A program made the translations under genes and the position numbers. Under the pieces are notes generated by a model, which saw only the letters and a list, made by a program, of their open reading frames with translations, was not told the origin of the DNA and made no database searches. From Eledone cirrhosa (lineage: Eukaryota), in NCBI GenBank assembly GCA_964016885.1, contig OZ024746.1, forward strand, positions 28,706,001 to 28,770,000: DNA of 64,000 nucleotides, written 5' to 3'. Of this stretch, positions 42,625 to 57,223 are shown one piece after another. The stretch's first letter is position 1, and each line of letters opens with the position of its first letter.

Positions 42625-43000
42625 ATCATACCAAACCATACCATACCATACACCGCAATATCACACCACACAATACCACACCATGCCACACCACAATGTA
42701 CTATACCGTACCACAAAATTCAATACCGCACCACATTATACCATACCACACCAAATCACACATTACCACACCTTACCACACAACACCATACCACACCACA
42801 CCATACCACACAACACCATACCACACAATACCATACCACACCATATCACACCACACCACACCACACCATACCACACCACACCACACCATACCACACCACA
42901 AAATTCCATACCATACCAAACCACACCACTCCATTCCACTCCACAATATATTACACCACACAATACCACACCACACCATACCATATAATACCAAGTTATA
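42625..43000. repeat. (CACCA/TACCA)n pentanucleotide satellite
   Basis: Direct reading. Confidence 0.9.
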
Positions 43001-43627
43001 CTATACGATTCGATTCCATTCTATACAACTATGGTCTATGTTATCATTTATATTTTTATATTTTTTTGCTTCTAATCTAAAACGTTGCACAGATTTATGA
43101 CTGCAAGCGATTTCTTTTAATGTATTTCCTAGAAATAATGTTTTGTTAAGTCAAGAAAATATAGGTGTACAAACTTTCATGGATTATTTTTTACTTTTAC
43201 ATTCTAAATGTACTTGAAATTCTTTAGAATTATTTTAGACTATTTTTCTTTTATTATACATTTTGCTATAAAATTTCTTGCGATAATTTTACCTTCGTGA
43301 TTGATGATAAACAGTTGTTGGCATGACTATAATCACTATAACCTCCAGTTTTATTTCCAACATCATCATCGTTACCAGCATCACCAGCATGAGCATAACC
43401 TTCATCCTCATGTTCTCCACCATCAACATTATCATCACTATCATCATCATCATCATTATCATCATCATCTTTATCATTATCATCATTATCATCATTATCA
43501 TCATTATCATCATCATCTTTATCATTATTATCACTATTATCATCATCATCATTATCATCATCATCTTTATTATTATCATCATTATCATCATTATCATCAT
43601 TATCATCATTATCATCATTATTATGCA

Positions 43628-43724
43628 GAGGTTAACTTTGCCTTTCATCCTTACGGGGTCGATAAAAATAAAGTACCAGTAATGTACTGGTGTATTTGCT
43701 GGCCTTGTGCCTAAAATAGAAACA
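43628..43724 (+). mobile_element. SINE S1, 5'-truncated, inside an (ATC/ATT)n array
   Basis: Core and 3' end present. Confidence 0.8.
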
Positions 43725-43727
43725 ATT

Positions 43728-43774
<47 letters not shown>

Positions 43775-43879
43775 AATTATCTTCATCGCCACCGCCACCA
43801 CCACCACCATCATCATCATCATCCTCATCATCACCATCATCATAACAATCATTGTCACCGTAATCATTCACATTGTTAT

Positions 43880-43976
<97 letters not shown>

Positions 43977-44218
43977 ATTATTATTACTGGGAGAGGGCAC
44001 TTGCCCTGGTGGTCAGGGTCACTGTGGCCTTTTAATGGGCTTTCTCCACAAATGTCCCTCGGAAGTCTCCCCCCAATTGGGGCATTTTTCATTGTTATTT
44101 TTTTTATTACATCCTCTGTTTTTTACACGCAGAAATGCCCATTTGTACCGTCCTGTATTGTCCTGTACTGCCCTTAATGTCTACTTTATGTAAACCTTTG
44201 TGGTTAATAAAGAAAGCA

Positions 44219-44249
<31 letters not shown>

Positions 44250-44689
44250 TATTATTACTATTATTATTATTATTAATGTTGTTGATGCTGTAATGTTTAT
44301 GTGTTACGAGGTTTTCTAAATTATTGTCACCTGCTGTATTTTGCTTTGATGCGTTTCTTTATTCCAGTTAACTTTGTTTGTTGCTGTTGCTGTAGTTTTT
44401 GATGCTACTGTTATTGGTGTTGTTGTTGCTACTGCTGTTGTTTTCATTGCCGTTAGTTGTTGTTGCTTATATGTAGAGGTGTTTTCTTTTCATGCCACAT
44501 GCCCTCATATATGTGTTGCACGTGTACTATTAAACAATTTTTGAGAGATGTGTTTAATGAATGTACTCTAACGTTGAATAGGCAAATATATCAACAATGG
44601 AAGCAAAATAAAACATGAATGTGTATATATATAAACACACACGCACACATATATATATATATATATGTGCGTGTGTGTCTGTATGTATG

Positions 44690-44733
<44 letters not shown>

Positions 44734-44768
44734 TATACATATATATATACATATATACATATCTATAT

Positions 44769-44810
<42 letters not shown>

Positions 44811-44814
<4 letters not shown>

Positions 44815-45563
44815 TTTAGTACAGCATTAACGAAGCTTTAGAACACGGCCAAGCTAACGAATGCAGAATCGGTCTGTAGCTTTAACACTCGGATGGGAAA
44901 AAGAACCCCAGAGTAATAACAATACGTTCAGACAGCTTAGCAAATCAGATATAGCGGTCGGCAGTCCAGCCGCATCACTAGAGCAACGAAAATACAGGAC
45001 TCAGGAAAATATTTTATACTGACCCGGACAGGGCGGTGAGGCTGAATGCAAAATATATAATATACATCGTATATCACACAATATACATCACATACAGCAC
45101 CCAACATCAGCGCTAAGTTACTGCAAATCCAAGATCGACAAATTCCTATTGCAGGAGTCTGCAATATAATGGTTTTTGACGACAGAACATAGGATTTCCT
45201 TCTCCAGCAAGTCTTTCGTTCTTAGCCTGAGCGGGCATGTTGTAGCTTTAAATTTCGCCACCGACACGTGGTTTTCTCCAAGGGAGGTAAACCCCGCTTA
45301 GGCGGTGAATTCTAATTTGAGATAAAGGAATGAATCCCTTTAGACAAACCGAATTAAGCACTCAACCAGAAGTTATCAAACAAACATAAACAATTAATCA
45401 ATCAATAGAATCATCTAATTAAATTAATCAGTTAATCGTTAATTCTAGGAGTAAATACAAATTTTAATACAGCATTAACGAAGCTTTTGAACACTGCCAA
45501 GCTAACGAATGCAGAATCGGTTTGTAGCTTTAGCACTCAGATGGGGAAAAGAACCCCTGAGTA
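44811..45563. mobile_element. ~750-bp element with ~105-bp direct terminal repeats in (TA)n
   Basis: 44811-44915 repeated at 45459-45563 (period 648). Confidence 0.7.
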
Positions 45564-45629
45564 TATATATATATATATGTATATACATATATATATACAT
45601 ATATATTTATATATGTATATATGTATATA

Positions 45630-46178
45630 TATATATGTAAGTACGCATGTATGTATACGTACATACATATATGTATACAGACGTACAGTAGTATGTATAT
45701 ATACATACATGCACACACATATATATATGCACGTATCGGTTTACCGAACATTTATTATAATGCTCGGTTTGTTTGTAAACAAACAAACAGCCCGAATTAC
45801 GCCGTACAGTGTTTAGGCAACCATGTCACCTTTTTGTTCAACACTGACACAGGAACGATGTACTAGTTTCAAGCTTATTAGCTATCGTCAGCATCGTATA
45901 CCATCCTGCCAGATGGTTGAACGTCTGAAAGTATATACTTTCCTTATGCATATTAACGGCTGTTTGTTTGTTTACAAACAAACCGAGAATTATAATAAAT
46001 GTTCGGTAAACCGATACGTGCATACATATATATATATATATCTGCATATATGTATATATATATATACGACTGTACATCTGTATACATATATGTATGTACG
46101 TATACATACATGCATACTTACATTTAAGTAACTGCCGTACTAGGTGTGAGAAATGAAATTTCGTTTCATTCTATTTCA
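45630..46178. mobile_element. HHR element family C, fold-back copy
   Basis: ~45632-45791 inverted to ~45958-46123; tail to 46178; internal part homologous to 41352-41540. Confidence 0.8.
45855..45897 (-). ncRNA. Minimal type I HHR
   Basis: acgatg-CTGACGA-tagct aata agctt-GAAA-ctag-TA-catcgt; perfect 6-bp helix I. Confidence 0.85.
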
Positions 46179-46853
46179 TATATATATATATACATATACA
46201 TATATAAATATATATATATTTACACATATACACGCACACACGCACACGCACACACACACACACTCACACACATATATATATATAATATATATCTCACTCT
46301 AAATTTATGCATGTATATAAAATATACTTCTCTCATAAATACTAATGTTCCACAAAAGTACAGTTGGCCTTTCTGTTCAATCAGATATTTTAGATTTATT
46401 ATGATGTAGCGTAAACTTTTTAATATGCAGCGCACCAATGCAACATTTACTGAACATGCTATGCATATATACTCTAAACGAAATGCACCTCCGATTATTA
46501 TAGTTGTAATTATACATAGAGTTATTAACGAGAGCAACATGGTGAAGCGTACAAGCCATTCATGTTATGAATACGTGCACATATGTATATATAAATATTA
46601 CGATTCCATTATCATAAAGAAAATATATTCCCTCATGCACACATAAAAATTGAAATCACTTCCCTTTTTCACACACAAAATCACATATATAATATAAGTA
46701 GGCTATTCACTAATTTTGTTGGGGAGCAGATTGATACTGCAGTCAGATGTATGTCCCCAATAAAGACCTCGTGGAACATATAGAAGGTTCGATATGTTAT
46801 AAAAACACTTTAATGTATCTCTTCGCTATGTCACACATTATATATACATGTAC

Positions 46854-46979
<126 letters not shown>

Positions 46980-47331
46980 GTGTGTGTGTGTGTGTGCGTT
47001 TGCGTGTACGGTTAGTATCTCAGATAAAATACACCTGTAGACGGCGGGAAAAGTTGACAGCAGCCGCTACACAGAATCGAAATCTTTAGCTCTTAAATTC
47101 CCACTGAGTGCCCTGTACAATTGATTTAACTGATTCCTGAGGACAGTTACTGTCTTAAATAAAGCTAAATATAAGCTTTTCAATGTAACAACATTTGTAA
47201 ATAAATATTTAAGCGTCGAATGAATTGAAATGCTATTCTCCTGCTTTCGAGATTCTTTACATTCTCTATGCATTTAAAATCAGTCGACGATCTAATATTT
47301 ATTTGCAATTAAACGTACATACTACATACAT

Positions 47332-47382
<51 letters not shown>

Positions 47383-48109
47383 AATGAGACGTATAGAGAT
47401 TGTTTTAGCAAGAAGCTAACGGCATTCTATAACATATATGCGACTATAACGTCAAGATGGGAAAAGTAGTTAACGAAAGATTTAGGAAAAATAACTCAAA
47501 CTCATCTCAAAAGAGAATCAGGATACAAATTCATCCACAGAATTTAGTAAAATCCATGGAAAAATCTATAGACCTTTAACTCATGATAAAACAAAGTTTG
47601 AAACACTTATCCTTCAATTTGGAATAACATCAAATGCTCTGTATAGTCTTAAAAGACTATTTCATGAAAACTTTCAGTGGAGATGGTCACGGTTGGAATA
47701 TCATTCATCAGCAGAGCTCAAGAGATGGTCACGGTTGGAATATATATATTTTTTTGTTTTCTTTAGTAACTGTTGTGGATATTCCAAATATCGCCAATGC
47801 ATTCTGTACACGGCCTTTTAAAAATTGAAAAAATAATTGTCTCTCTGCGACATTGGATTCATTCCACGTCATCATTCACTGTTGATTGGGTCATTCGAGA
47901 CTTGTTTATTTTACAACATTGACATCGACAGATTCTGCTACGACATGATTACTTCGTGGTGTGTTTACTATATAGCTGAGGGGCTTTCATTGAGAAGGTG
48001 TGGTTGGGGAAACATAGCGTTTTGGTCCCTTATTAAATTATATTTAATATAGATGTATTATGTTTGTTTTGGAAGGTATAATATATTCTCTGCAATAATT
48101 GTATATTTG

Positions 48110-48940
48110 TCTACATTGGTTTGTAGCATAAATATAATATATCTGTAAGTTAGTATAAACATCATATAATATATGTAGGTTAGTATAAGTATGGTATAAT
48201 ATTTCTAGGTTAGTATGAGTATGATATAATGTTTGTAGGTTAGTATGTATAATATAATTGTTTCTACAATAGGCACAAGGCCAGCAACTTTCCCACTGTA
48301 TTACTGGTACTTTATTTTATCGATCCCCGTTAGGATGAACGGCAAAGTTGTTTGTAGGTTAGTATAGATGTGGGATAATTGTTACTACTTTTGGCACAAG
48401 GCCAGTAATTATTCCAGTGTATACCTGGTACTTTATTTTATCGACGCCGTTAGGATGAAAGGCAAAGTTAACCTCGACGGGATTTGAACTCAGAATGGCA
48501 AGGGCCGTAGCTCTATGCGTCAAAGCGTGGCGTCCCACCCTCTACCGATACTGCCAATCCACCGCCCTTACTAAGTATAGATATGATATAATTGTTTCTA
48601 CTTTTTGGCACAAGGCCAACAATTACGCAGTACATTACTGATACTCTATTTTATCAACCTCGTAAGGATGAAAGGCAAAGTTAACCTCGGCGGGATAAGT
48701 AAAACATAGTGTTTAAAAGGGGTTAGTATAAATATCATAATTGTTTCTACTTTTGGCACAAGGCCAGTAATTACCCAGTACATTACTGGTACTTTATTTT
48801 ATCGACCCCGTAAGGATGAAAGGCAAAGTTAACCTCGGCGGGATTTGAACTCAGAATGGCAAGGGCCGTAGTATAAGTATCATAATGTTTGAAGGTTAGT
48901 ATAAATATGATATAAGGTTTAAAGTGATTAGGTATAGATA
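48110..48940 (-). mobile_element. Four SINE S1 copies (48256-48349, 48377-48567, 48590-48696, 48739-48869) inside a ~30-bp minisatellite
   Basis: Unit GGTTAGTATAAATATGATATAATGTTTGTA; each SINE 3' end sits at the ATAAT of a unit. Confidence 0.85.
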
Positions 48941-49069
48941 ATTATTTGGTGTTGGTTAAACTACGGGAGATAACATTTATTTTTCAAGTTGTTTCTTAAC
49001 ACTTTAATGTATGTTCGAGTGTGTGACGTACGCATGTCTTTTGCCATGAGGGAGCATTATTATTGGATG

Positions 49070-49179
49070 AGTTCAAATGCCGCCGAGGTTAACTTTGCTT
49101 TTCATCCTTACAGAGTCGATAAAATAAAGTACCAGTAATGTACTGGGTTATTGCTGGCCTTGTGCCTAAAGTAGAAACA
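49070..49179 (+). mobile_element. SINE S1, 5'-truncated, 14-bp TSD
   Basis: ATTATTATTGGATG at 49056-49069 and 49180-49193. Confidence 0.9.
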
Positions 49180-49567
49180 ATTATTATTGGATGTCAGACG
49201 GTTACATGTATAATATATTATAATTAATTTAGTTCTGTTTGTATATTTTAATTTCAATTCTGTTTTAATTTAAATTCTTGGATAGAAGGGAGAATTTTAA
49301 CATAAAATAGACTGTGTATTTGGAATCTAGCGTTGGTTTGGTTAAATTTGGTTCATTACTGATTCTAAATCCAAATATTTATTCTGAATTATGTTTATTT
49401 ACCGAGTTTATGGGGTGATAATTTAAGGTTTCCGATAATTTTTAGTTTAGTAATATTTTTATTGATATTAGGTTTGAGGATGCATTGGCAGAAGCTACTG
49501 TGTACGACAGTTATAGGTTTATAGTATTTTGATTATCTACCTATCTTTGTTACTCTATCTCTCTTCC

Positions 49568-49644
<77 letters not shown>

Positions 49645-49649
49645 TTGTG

Positions 49650-49739
<90 letters not shown>

Positions 49740-49767
49740 CACACATATATATATATATACTTATATT

Positions 49768-49807
<40 letters not shown>

Positions 49808-49810
<3 letters not shown>

Positions 49811-50407
49811 CATAAATCATGTCCTTAGAATTATTAGATAAAGTATATACCATTTCCTCTCCCAATTAGCATAATTAACCATATAAAAAATCAATTAGAC
49901 CAGAATAAAGGCTCCTATGAAGAAATATTTGATAAATAACAGAAAGCCGCCTCTTCGCGGTTGACCATAATAGAGTATTTACCCAACATTTCAACAGCAT
50001 GTAGAAACTGAATAAATATACCGTCAACCATACACAGTTAGGTATAAATTTAATGTTAGAAGAAACGTGTACATACCGTAATTACATCTCTACCATGGTT
50101 TCGTTCGTATTTTGAGATATCCTATCATTAAGGATAAATCTCGAGTATCGAACTCATCAGGAGACAAACTCAATAGGACAGTTAATTTTCCAAAGCGATC
50201 GCGCCAGATATAGATTTTAAAAAGGCTAAGAATCGTGACGGGGCAGTGGTCAAGTTAGAAAGAATGTGATTAGTTGCTTACGGCAAGTAGGCTGGTTGCT
50301 AGAAAGCGCAGCCCAATATCGCCCAATTGCATCTCAACCCAACGGGAGATTATTAAATATAAAGATTTACATATACATAAAGTCACAGATATATATGTGG
50401 CAACCGG

Positions 50408-50409
<2 letters not shown>
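49808..50409 (-). mobile_element. Non-coding HHR element family F in (TA)n
   Basis: Terminal ~210 bp repeated at ~57219-57440 with the same end at (TA)n; contains canonical HHR. Confidence 0.75.
50085..50166 (-). ncRNA. Canonical-core type I HHR
   Basis: tgtctc-CTGATGA-gttcg[extended hairpin]cgaac-GAAA-ccatgg-TA-gagatg; palindromic CCATGG helix III; predicted cleavage between 50091 and 50090. Confidence 0.88.
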
Positions 50410-50453
<44 letters not shown>

Positions 50454-50488
50454 AAATAAAGATCCGAAGGCATGGTATAAATTTCCAA

Positions 50489-50577
50489 TCATTTTAATCA
50501 CGACCCATGTTTCAATAAGAGAGAGATCGATCGTGTAGCCATGATCGATTATCACTTATCTCGTCAGGTGAAAATGA
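50489..50577 (-). ncRNA. Type I HHR (left-arm copy)
   Basis: Reverse complement of 52121-52209. Confidence 0.8.
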
Positions 50578-52120
50578 ATTGTCTTCAAATCCTTGATATG
50601 AGGGAGAAAATTAACGATGTTCACTCACAGAGTTTAGTCCCTCATATGAAGATCAAGCAGTCAAAACACGGCGACTGCTATCGTCCTCAGTTAGGGTCAT
50701 AAAACTATCAAGTCTCTATCTCCCAATAGCTGTAACAGACGCTGGACATCAATCAAATCTGTAGAATTACAGTCGGTCACAATTAGTGTGAGTGGGTACA
50801 CACACACACACACGACGCGAGATCAAAGAAAAATATATATATATACATATACCAACATAGTATCAAATCTGTAGAACTATAGACAGTCACAGTTAGTGTG
50901 AGTGAGTACACCCACACTCACACACACCGACGCGAGGTCACCATTACTTTAGGATACCCTAACCATTGAATTCTCTCGGTTAGGATATAGGTAGACGTAT
51001 TACACACTCAGTTAAGACCGATTACGCTCTCTATACATAACTCTACACACAGTACCCGGTTTCTTTAGACACTGAGTTCCCACAGTTATTACTGGTCACG
51101 TTCCTATCGATTGAACACTACACTAGGTTTTCATCCGTGATCATCTAACCATGGAGTTCTCACGGTTACAGACTGGACAGTAATACTTACTCACCATTAA
51201 TGGGCCTACACACATCCTCTGGGTTTTGCTATTCTTTGTTATTTTATTTTGCCTTTTGTGTTGGATAACACACCTCCACCACTCAAAAACCTATCTTAAA
51301 AGCCCAAGGGCCCATATGAAGGGAAATCGCACATACTGACACCTTAACCCAAATACCCCACCCTACACAGAGCCCCTTTGTGGCCTACATAGCGGTTGGT
51401 GCACGCACAGATTTGGGGACTCAGATTCTCAATGGGACAACGGCACATACTGAGTTCGATATGAGCTGACTACTTGCTCTTCACATGGATGTGTATATAC
51501 CTAAACATATACTTTTGGGGGTGATACGGATGTGTATATACCATAACATACACTATTTGGATATACGGCTGTTACAATTCAATCTATACACGTATAGCAG
51601 AACATTGAACTGAACTTACTTGCGTGTGTATAGGGTTGCGGTTGACCCAATTTTTTCCAATTTACATCGTCAAATTGAGATTTGACCAATATAACATTTG
51701 TTGTTTTGTAAACTAACTTTCGGTGAATACTATGTTGGTATATTTATACTTTTTCTTTGACCTCGCGTCGGTGTGTGTGAGTGTGTGTGTACTCACTCAC
51801 ACTAACTGTGACTGTCTATAGTTCTACAGATTTGATACTATGTTGGTATATGTATATATATTTTTTTTTCTTTGATCTCGCGTCGTGTGTGTGTGTGTGT
51901 ACCCACTCACATTAACTGTGACCGAATGTAATTCTACAGATTTGATTGATGTCCAGCGTCTTTTACAGCTATTGGGAGATAGAGACTTGATAGTTTTATG
52001 ATCCTAACTGAGGACGATAGCAGTCGCCGTGTTTTGACTGCTTGATCTTCATATGAGGGACTAAACTCTGTGAGTGAACATCGTTAATTTTCCCCCTCAT
52101 ATCAAAGATTTGAAGACAAT

Positions 52121-52209
52121 TCATTTTCACCTGACGAGATAAGTGATAATCGATCATGGCTACACGATCTATCTCTCTCTTATTGAAACATGGGTCGTGA
52201 TTAAAATGA
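52121..52209 (+). ncRNA. Type I HHR
   Basis: tcattttcac-CTGACGA-gataag...cttatt-GAAA-catggg-TC-gtgattaaaatga; GUC triplet, predicted cleavage after 52196. Confidence 0.8.
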
Positions 52210-52389
52210 TTGGAAATTTATACCATGCCTTCGGATCTTTATTTTGATACAATTACTCCTCCGTCTTACATCATCTAGCTGTTCCCATAAATGGAGCGGG
52301 AGATATACAAAAGCGCGGAGAACTTAATATTGCTAATAAAAATTTATTGGACCGTTTGACACAACCAATAATGCACCTTACTATAAAAC

Positions 52390-52489
<100 letters not shown>

Positions 52490-52565
52490 GTTATATAGTA
52501 AGGTGTATTATTGGTTGTGTCAAACGGTCCAATAAATTTTTGTTACCAATATTAATATATATATA

Positions 52566-52750
52566 GGCGGTGGATTGGCAGTATCGGTAGAGGGTCGGAC
52601 GCCATGCTTTCCAGCATAGTTACGTCCCTTTACAATCTGACTTCAAATCCCGCCGAGGTTGACTTTGCCTTTCATCCATATGGTGTCGATAAAATTAAGT
52701 ACCAGTAATGAACTGGGTAATTTGCTGGCCTTGTGCCTAAAGTAGAAACA
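52566..52750 (+). mobile_element. SINE S1, full length
   Basis: GGCGGTGGATTGGCAGTATCGG head, B-box variant, core, tail. Confidence 0.85.
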
Positions 52751-52754
52751 AATA

Positions 52755-52832
<78 letters not shown>

Positions 52833-53869
52833 AGAGTATTGAAGTTTGCTTGAAGCATTGTGGAACAATAAGTAAATATTTATAAGTCGTTTGGAAGCCT
52901 CGACAATGCAAATGGGTAAATCTCCGGCTAACAAGGTCTGGTGGTGGAGAGAGAGATATGTAAGTGGGTGTACGTTGAGATGCGTGGTGTGTATAAGATG
53001 TGTGAGATGTGTAGAATGAAGGGAAGAGTAAAAGAATAAAAACAATAATAACAACACAAGAGAGAGAGAGTTACCTTGGGAGAGATTTAATAGTCCCTAT
53101 ATATATACAAATATATATATTTGTACAGCGATTCGTATACGAAGCTAGATGAGAAACCTGAACGTGCTTACAACTCATTATGAAACTGTTGACATTACAC
53201 ATTATTTGAATATCATATTTGATACGTGAAATTGTTTATATAGCAATACGTGATTAATTTATTTTCATTTGGGTTGTATAATTATTCATAATATAATCAC
53301 GCATACACATATGTAAATGCATACACATTTGCATGACCTAGGCATATAACGACACACGTACATAAAGAGATGCATACGACCTAGACACATACGCACACAC
53401 ACACAAATATGTATATATATATATATATATATACATGTAACCAAATATTAACAGAAATATGACGTACACACACATATATATATATACACACATGTCACTA
53501 CATGCATGCATAACACCTACACATACATTCACAGAAGCATAGCATCTACAAATAAATACACATGTATATACATATGACCACCTACACGCAGTAATACGAC
53601 CTACATATATATACATGATACAACATACATCAACATAAGATCTCGCATTGGAACTCCGTCTGTTACGACGACCAGTATTCCAATTGTTTAACCAACGAGA
53701 GGGCTTGCTCGTGAAATTAATGCGCCAGTGACAGATAATTTCACAGGCACGTGTATCGTTAACGAAATCTCAGGCAGCACAAAGTATCTTGCTTAAGGAC
53801 AAGGATTTGAACTCAGATATATACGACCGTGAGTCAAACAGCCGAAACACTAAACCTTGCATCATAATT

Positions 53870-53903
<34 letters not shown>

Positions 53904-53908
<5 letters not shown>

Positions 53909-54052
53909 ATAATAATAAATTTGAAGACTAAAATCCAAAGAGTGCTCGATAAGGATAAATATATATCAAATATATAAGAACCGTAAAGGAAATATTTATT
54001 AAAGTTTCAGAAGAGCAGCGATTCTTTGCTTAAACTTTAATCTGTTATTTTA

Positions 54053-54058
<6 letters not shown>
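53904..54058. mobile_element. Rearranged family B pLTR (tail plus inverted HHR segment lacking helix II)
   Basis: GTTTCAGAAGA joined directly to GCAGCGATTC; compare 29348-29398. Confidence 0.65.
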
Positions 54059-54436
<378 letters not shown>

Positions 54437-54453
54437 GTATCTATATATATCTA

Positions 54454-54521
<68 letters not shown>

Positions 54522-55041
54522 CAGGGAGTGTAATATATATATATGGGGGCAACTGTCCCTTAACCATGATGAAGATGACGAGGAGGGGGGGGATATACAT
54601 ACATGGAGAATAAATAAGCAATATAGTGACGACTCATTAGATACAAACTAGTAGAGTATGTATAATTCTATTACAAGCTGAAGTTACTTCTTGGCAGTAA
54701 CTTGCAATACATCATAACGTAGTTGATGATGTACTTAAGAAAATGTGTCTGTCGGACAAAATATTTTGGAATCTAAGTAATTTCAAGATTTACAGGACGT
54801 ATTTGATTGGTTGACAAAGAGACTTTGACAGTTGAAATATTTGTAGATGTCACTATAAATGTTGTGTGAGTGGTTAAACGTTTAAAACAAAGCATTACAA
54901 ATGTAGAATGATGAGGAAGTTCCAATTTAGCTGTCAATGTTTGTTTCTTCATTCACGTGTCTTTAAAAATTTATAGTCATTCGAACTAACGAATAGTAAT
55001 GTGTTGATAGGAATATATGAATGGAAATATAGGTCAGGAGG

Positions 55042-55073
<32 letters not shown>

Positions 55074-55099
55074 TATGTATGTATGTACGTATATATATA

Positions 55100-55316
55100 T
55101 ATTCGAAGGAAAATTGGAAAACTCGGCGCAAGGAAGCTGTTAAAACAGCAAAATGCCGTCGAAGCGACGTTGGGTAAAACATTACTTCAAAGGATAGAAA
55201 TCAGCGGCTAGAAGTGATTTATATCCTTTGAGGCAATGTTTTACCAACGCTGCTTCGACGCCATATTGTTCTTTTAACAGCTTCCTTACAACGAGTTTAT
55301 CTATTTGCTAACGAAT
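55100..55316. mobile_element. Imperfect ~215-bp palindrome (old fold-back MITE)
   Basis: AAGGAAGCTGTTAAAA...GTAAAACATT.C.TCAAAGGATA / TATCCTTTGAGGCAATGTTTTAC...TTTTAACAGCTTCCTT. Confidence 0.7.
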
Positions 55317-55363
55317 TCTAATGCACTCGCGTTGCAAAACTTGATGTTCGTGTTAATTTTGTT

Positions 55364-55439
<76 letters not shown>

Positions 55440-56958
55440 GTCCTCAAGTATGAAATTTGTAGAAGAAAACAACAAATTTCTACAAATTTCATACTTGACG
55501 ACGACCCAAACATGTTTTTGTGGATGTGTGTGTGTGTTTAAGGAAATGGATGGGAAGATTTTTACTTCAATATTAGATATTAGTTTGTTCATCAATGTTC
55601 TTTCGTTACACATTCTGTAACTTCCTCAATGATCATATGTTTTCCTCTATGTCTCCTCTTCTTTTTCGTCTTATTCTGTTTCATTTTGATTGTTTAGTAA
55701 ACAAAATGGGGTAAACAAAATGGGGTAAACAAAATGGGGTAAACAAAATAAGAGAAGGAAGAGGAGAAGGCATGTCACGTGACTGTACCAACCCATTGTT
55801 TTTTTTTACTGTTAATTCTAACTACACTTTAAATTAAAATAAGGGAAAACTAAATAATTAAGTTGATCCAGATTAATTAATATCAAGTTTTCCCTTACTT
55901 TAATTTAAAGTTTAGTTAGAATTTTCCCACCGAGCAGTGTATCCCTATTTATCGAGTTTGGGAGTGTTACTTTTTAGCAGTAGCAGTAATTACTGTGGGT
56001 TTTCATTTAGGATGGGCTGAAGATGATGGTGTAGAGAATGGGAGAAGTAGCTATTACTGTTATTACTGTCTAATTAGCGACTAATGTTTTTATAATGCAA
56101 ACTATAACAAACAGTAAAAAAAAAACAACAATGAAGATCAAACAAACGGAAAATACATAAAAATATATAAAATACAAAAAACAAATAACTATATAAAATT
56201 AATGATGTTAGCCGAATGTTTTAATCGATTCTATTGCAAACGCTAAATCTAGTTTGGCGCCATTTATTTTCAGTGTTATTAACTTTTCTAGTTTTACATT
56301 CTTAAAGTATGATGGTTTCTTAACGGTTATTTTCATATCAAATCAAAGACACTCAAACACACATGCACATACACACGCACACATAAGCTTATACATGCAT
56401 ACATAAATACACAAACACACATATATATATATATATATTTGTGTGTGTGTGTGTGTGATATGTCAGAAACACACACCCTTATAGCTTTGTACAGTTCAAA
56501 AACAAATAGACGCACTACAATTAGACTCACAGTTCTGTACAAACAAACAACGATCACACAAACACACGCACTCATACACACGTACTTTTAAACTTATACA
56601 CACTAATATCCTCACAGCTTCGTACGGACAAACAAACACACACACACACTCTCTTAAACTTTGACACACACATATCCACATAGCCTCGTACAGACAAACG
56701 ACAAAACACACACATATATATATATATCCACTCTGTATACAAAAGCATGTTTTCCTTTTCAGAACAATATAAACCTCTTTGATCACAGCATTTCAAAAGA
56801 AGGCCAACTGAACTTCCTACACCATAAAGGTTACCATCTACAATTTTCCAAGTGATGGCCATATGAACAGACCTGCTTTTTCTTGGAGAATTGATTTCGT
56901 TCCTACCCCTGCTCACCCACCTCAACCCTTTCTATTTCTTCTATAATCTCTCATTCTA

Positions 56959-56994
56959 TTTTCTGATGAAGGGCTAGCGCCTGAAATGTTAAGA
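56959..56994 (+). ncRNA. Minimal type I HHR remnant (family D)
   Basis: tttt-CTGATGA-agggc tagc gcct-GAAA-tg-TT-aaga. Confidence 0.5.
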
Positions 56995-57170
56995 CACTTT
57001 TCCTACTGTATCAAACGTAAAACAGAGTTTTCTGTTATTTTTGTTTACGTTTTGCTTATATATATATATATATAAGCAAAACGTCCCCCACCTACCCCCC
57101 ACTCTCCTGAGCGTGAATTTAATAAACATTTATTGTACTGCCTCTCTGTTCTGTCCGTGTTCAATTTTTC

Positions 57171-57223
<53 letters not shown>

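Noticed and set aside
47630-47960. Possible reverse transcriptase remnant on the minus strand
   Set aside because: Only a faint resemblance to an RT motif with many disruptions; needs tBLASTn/HMM support.
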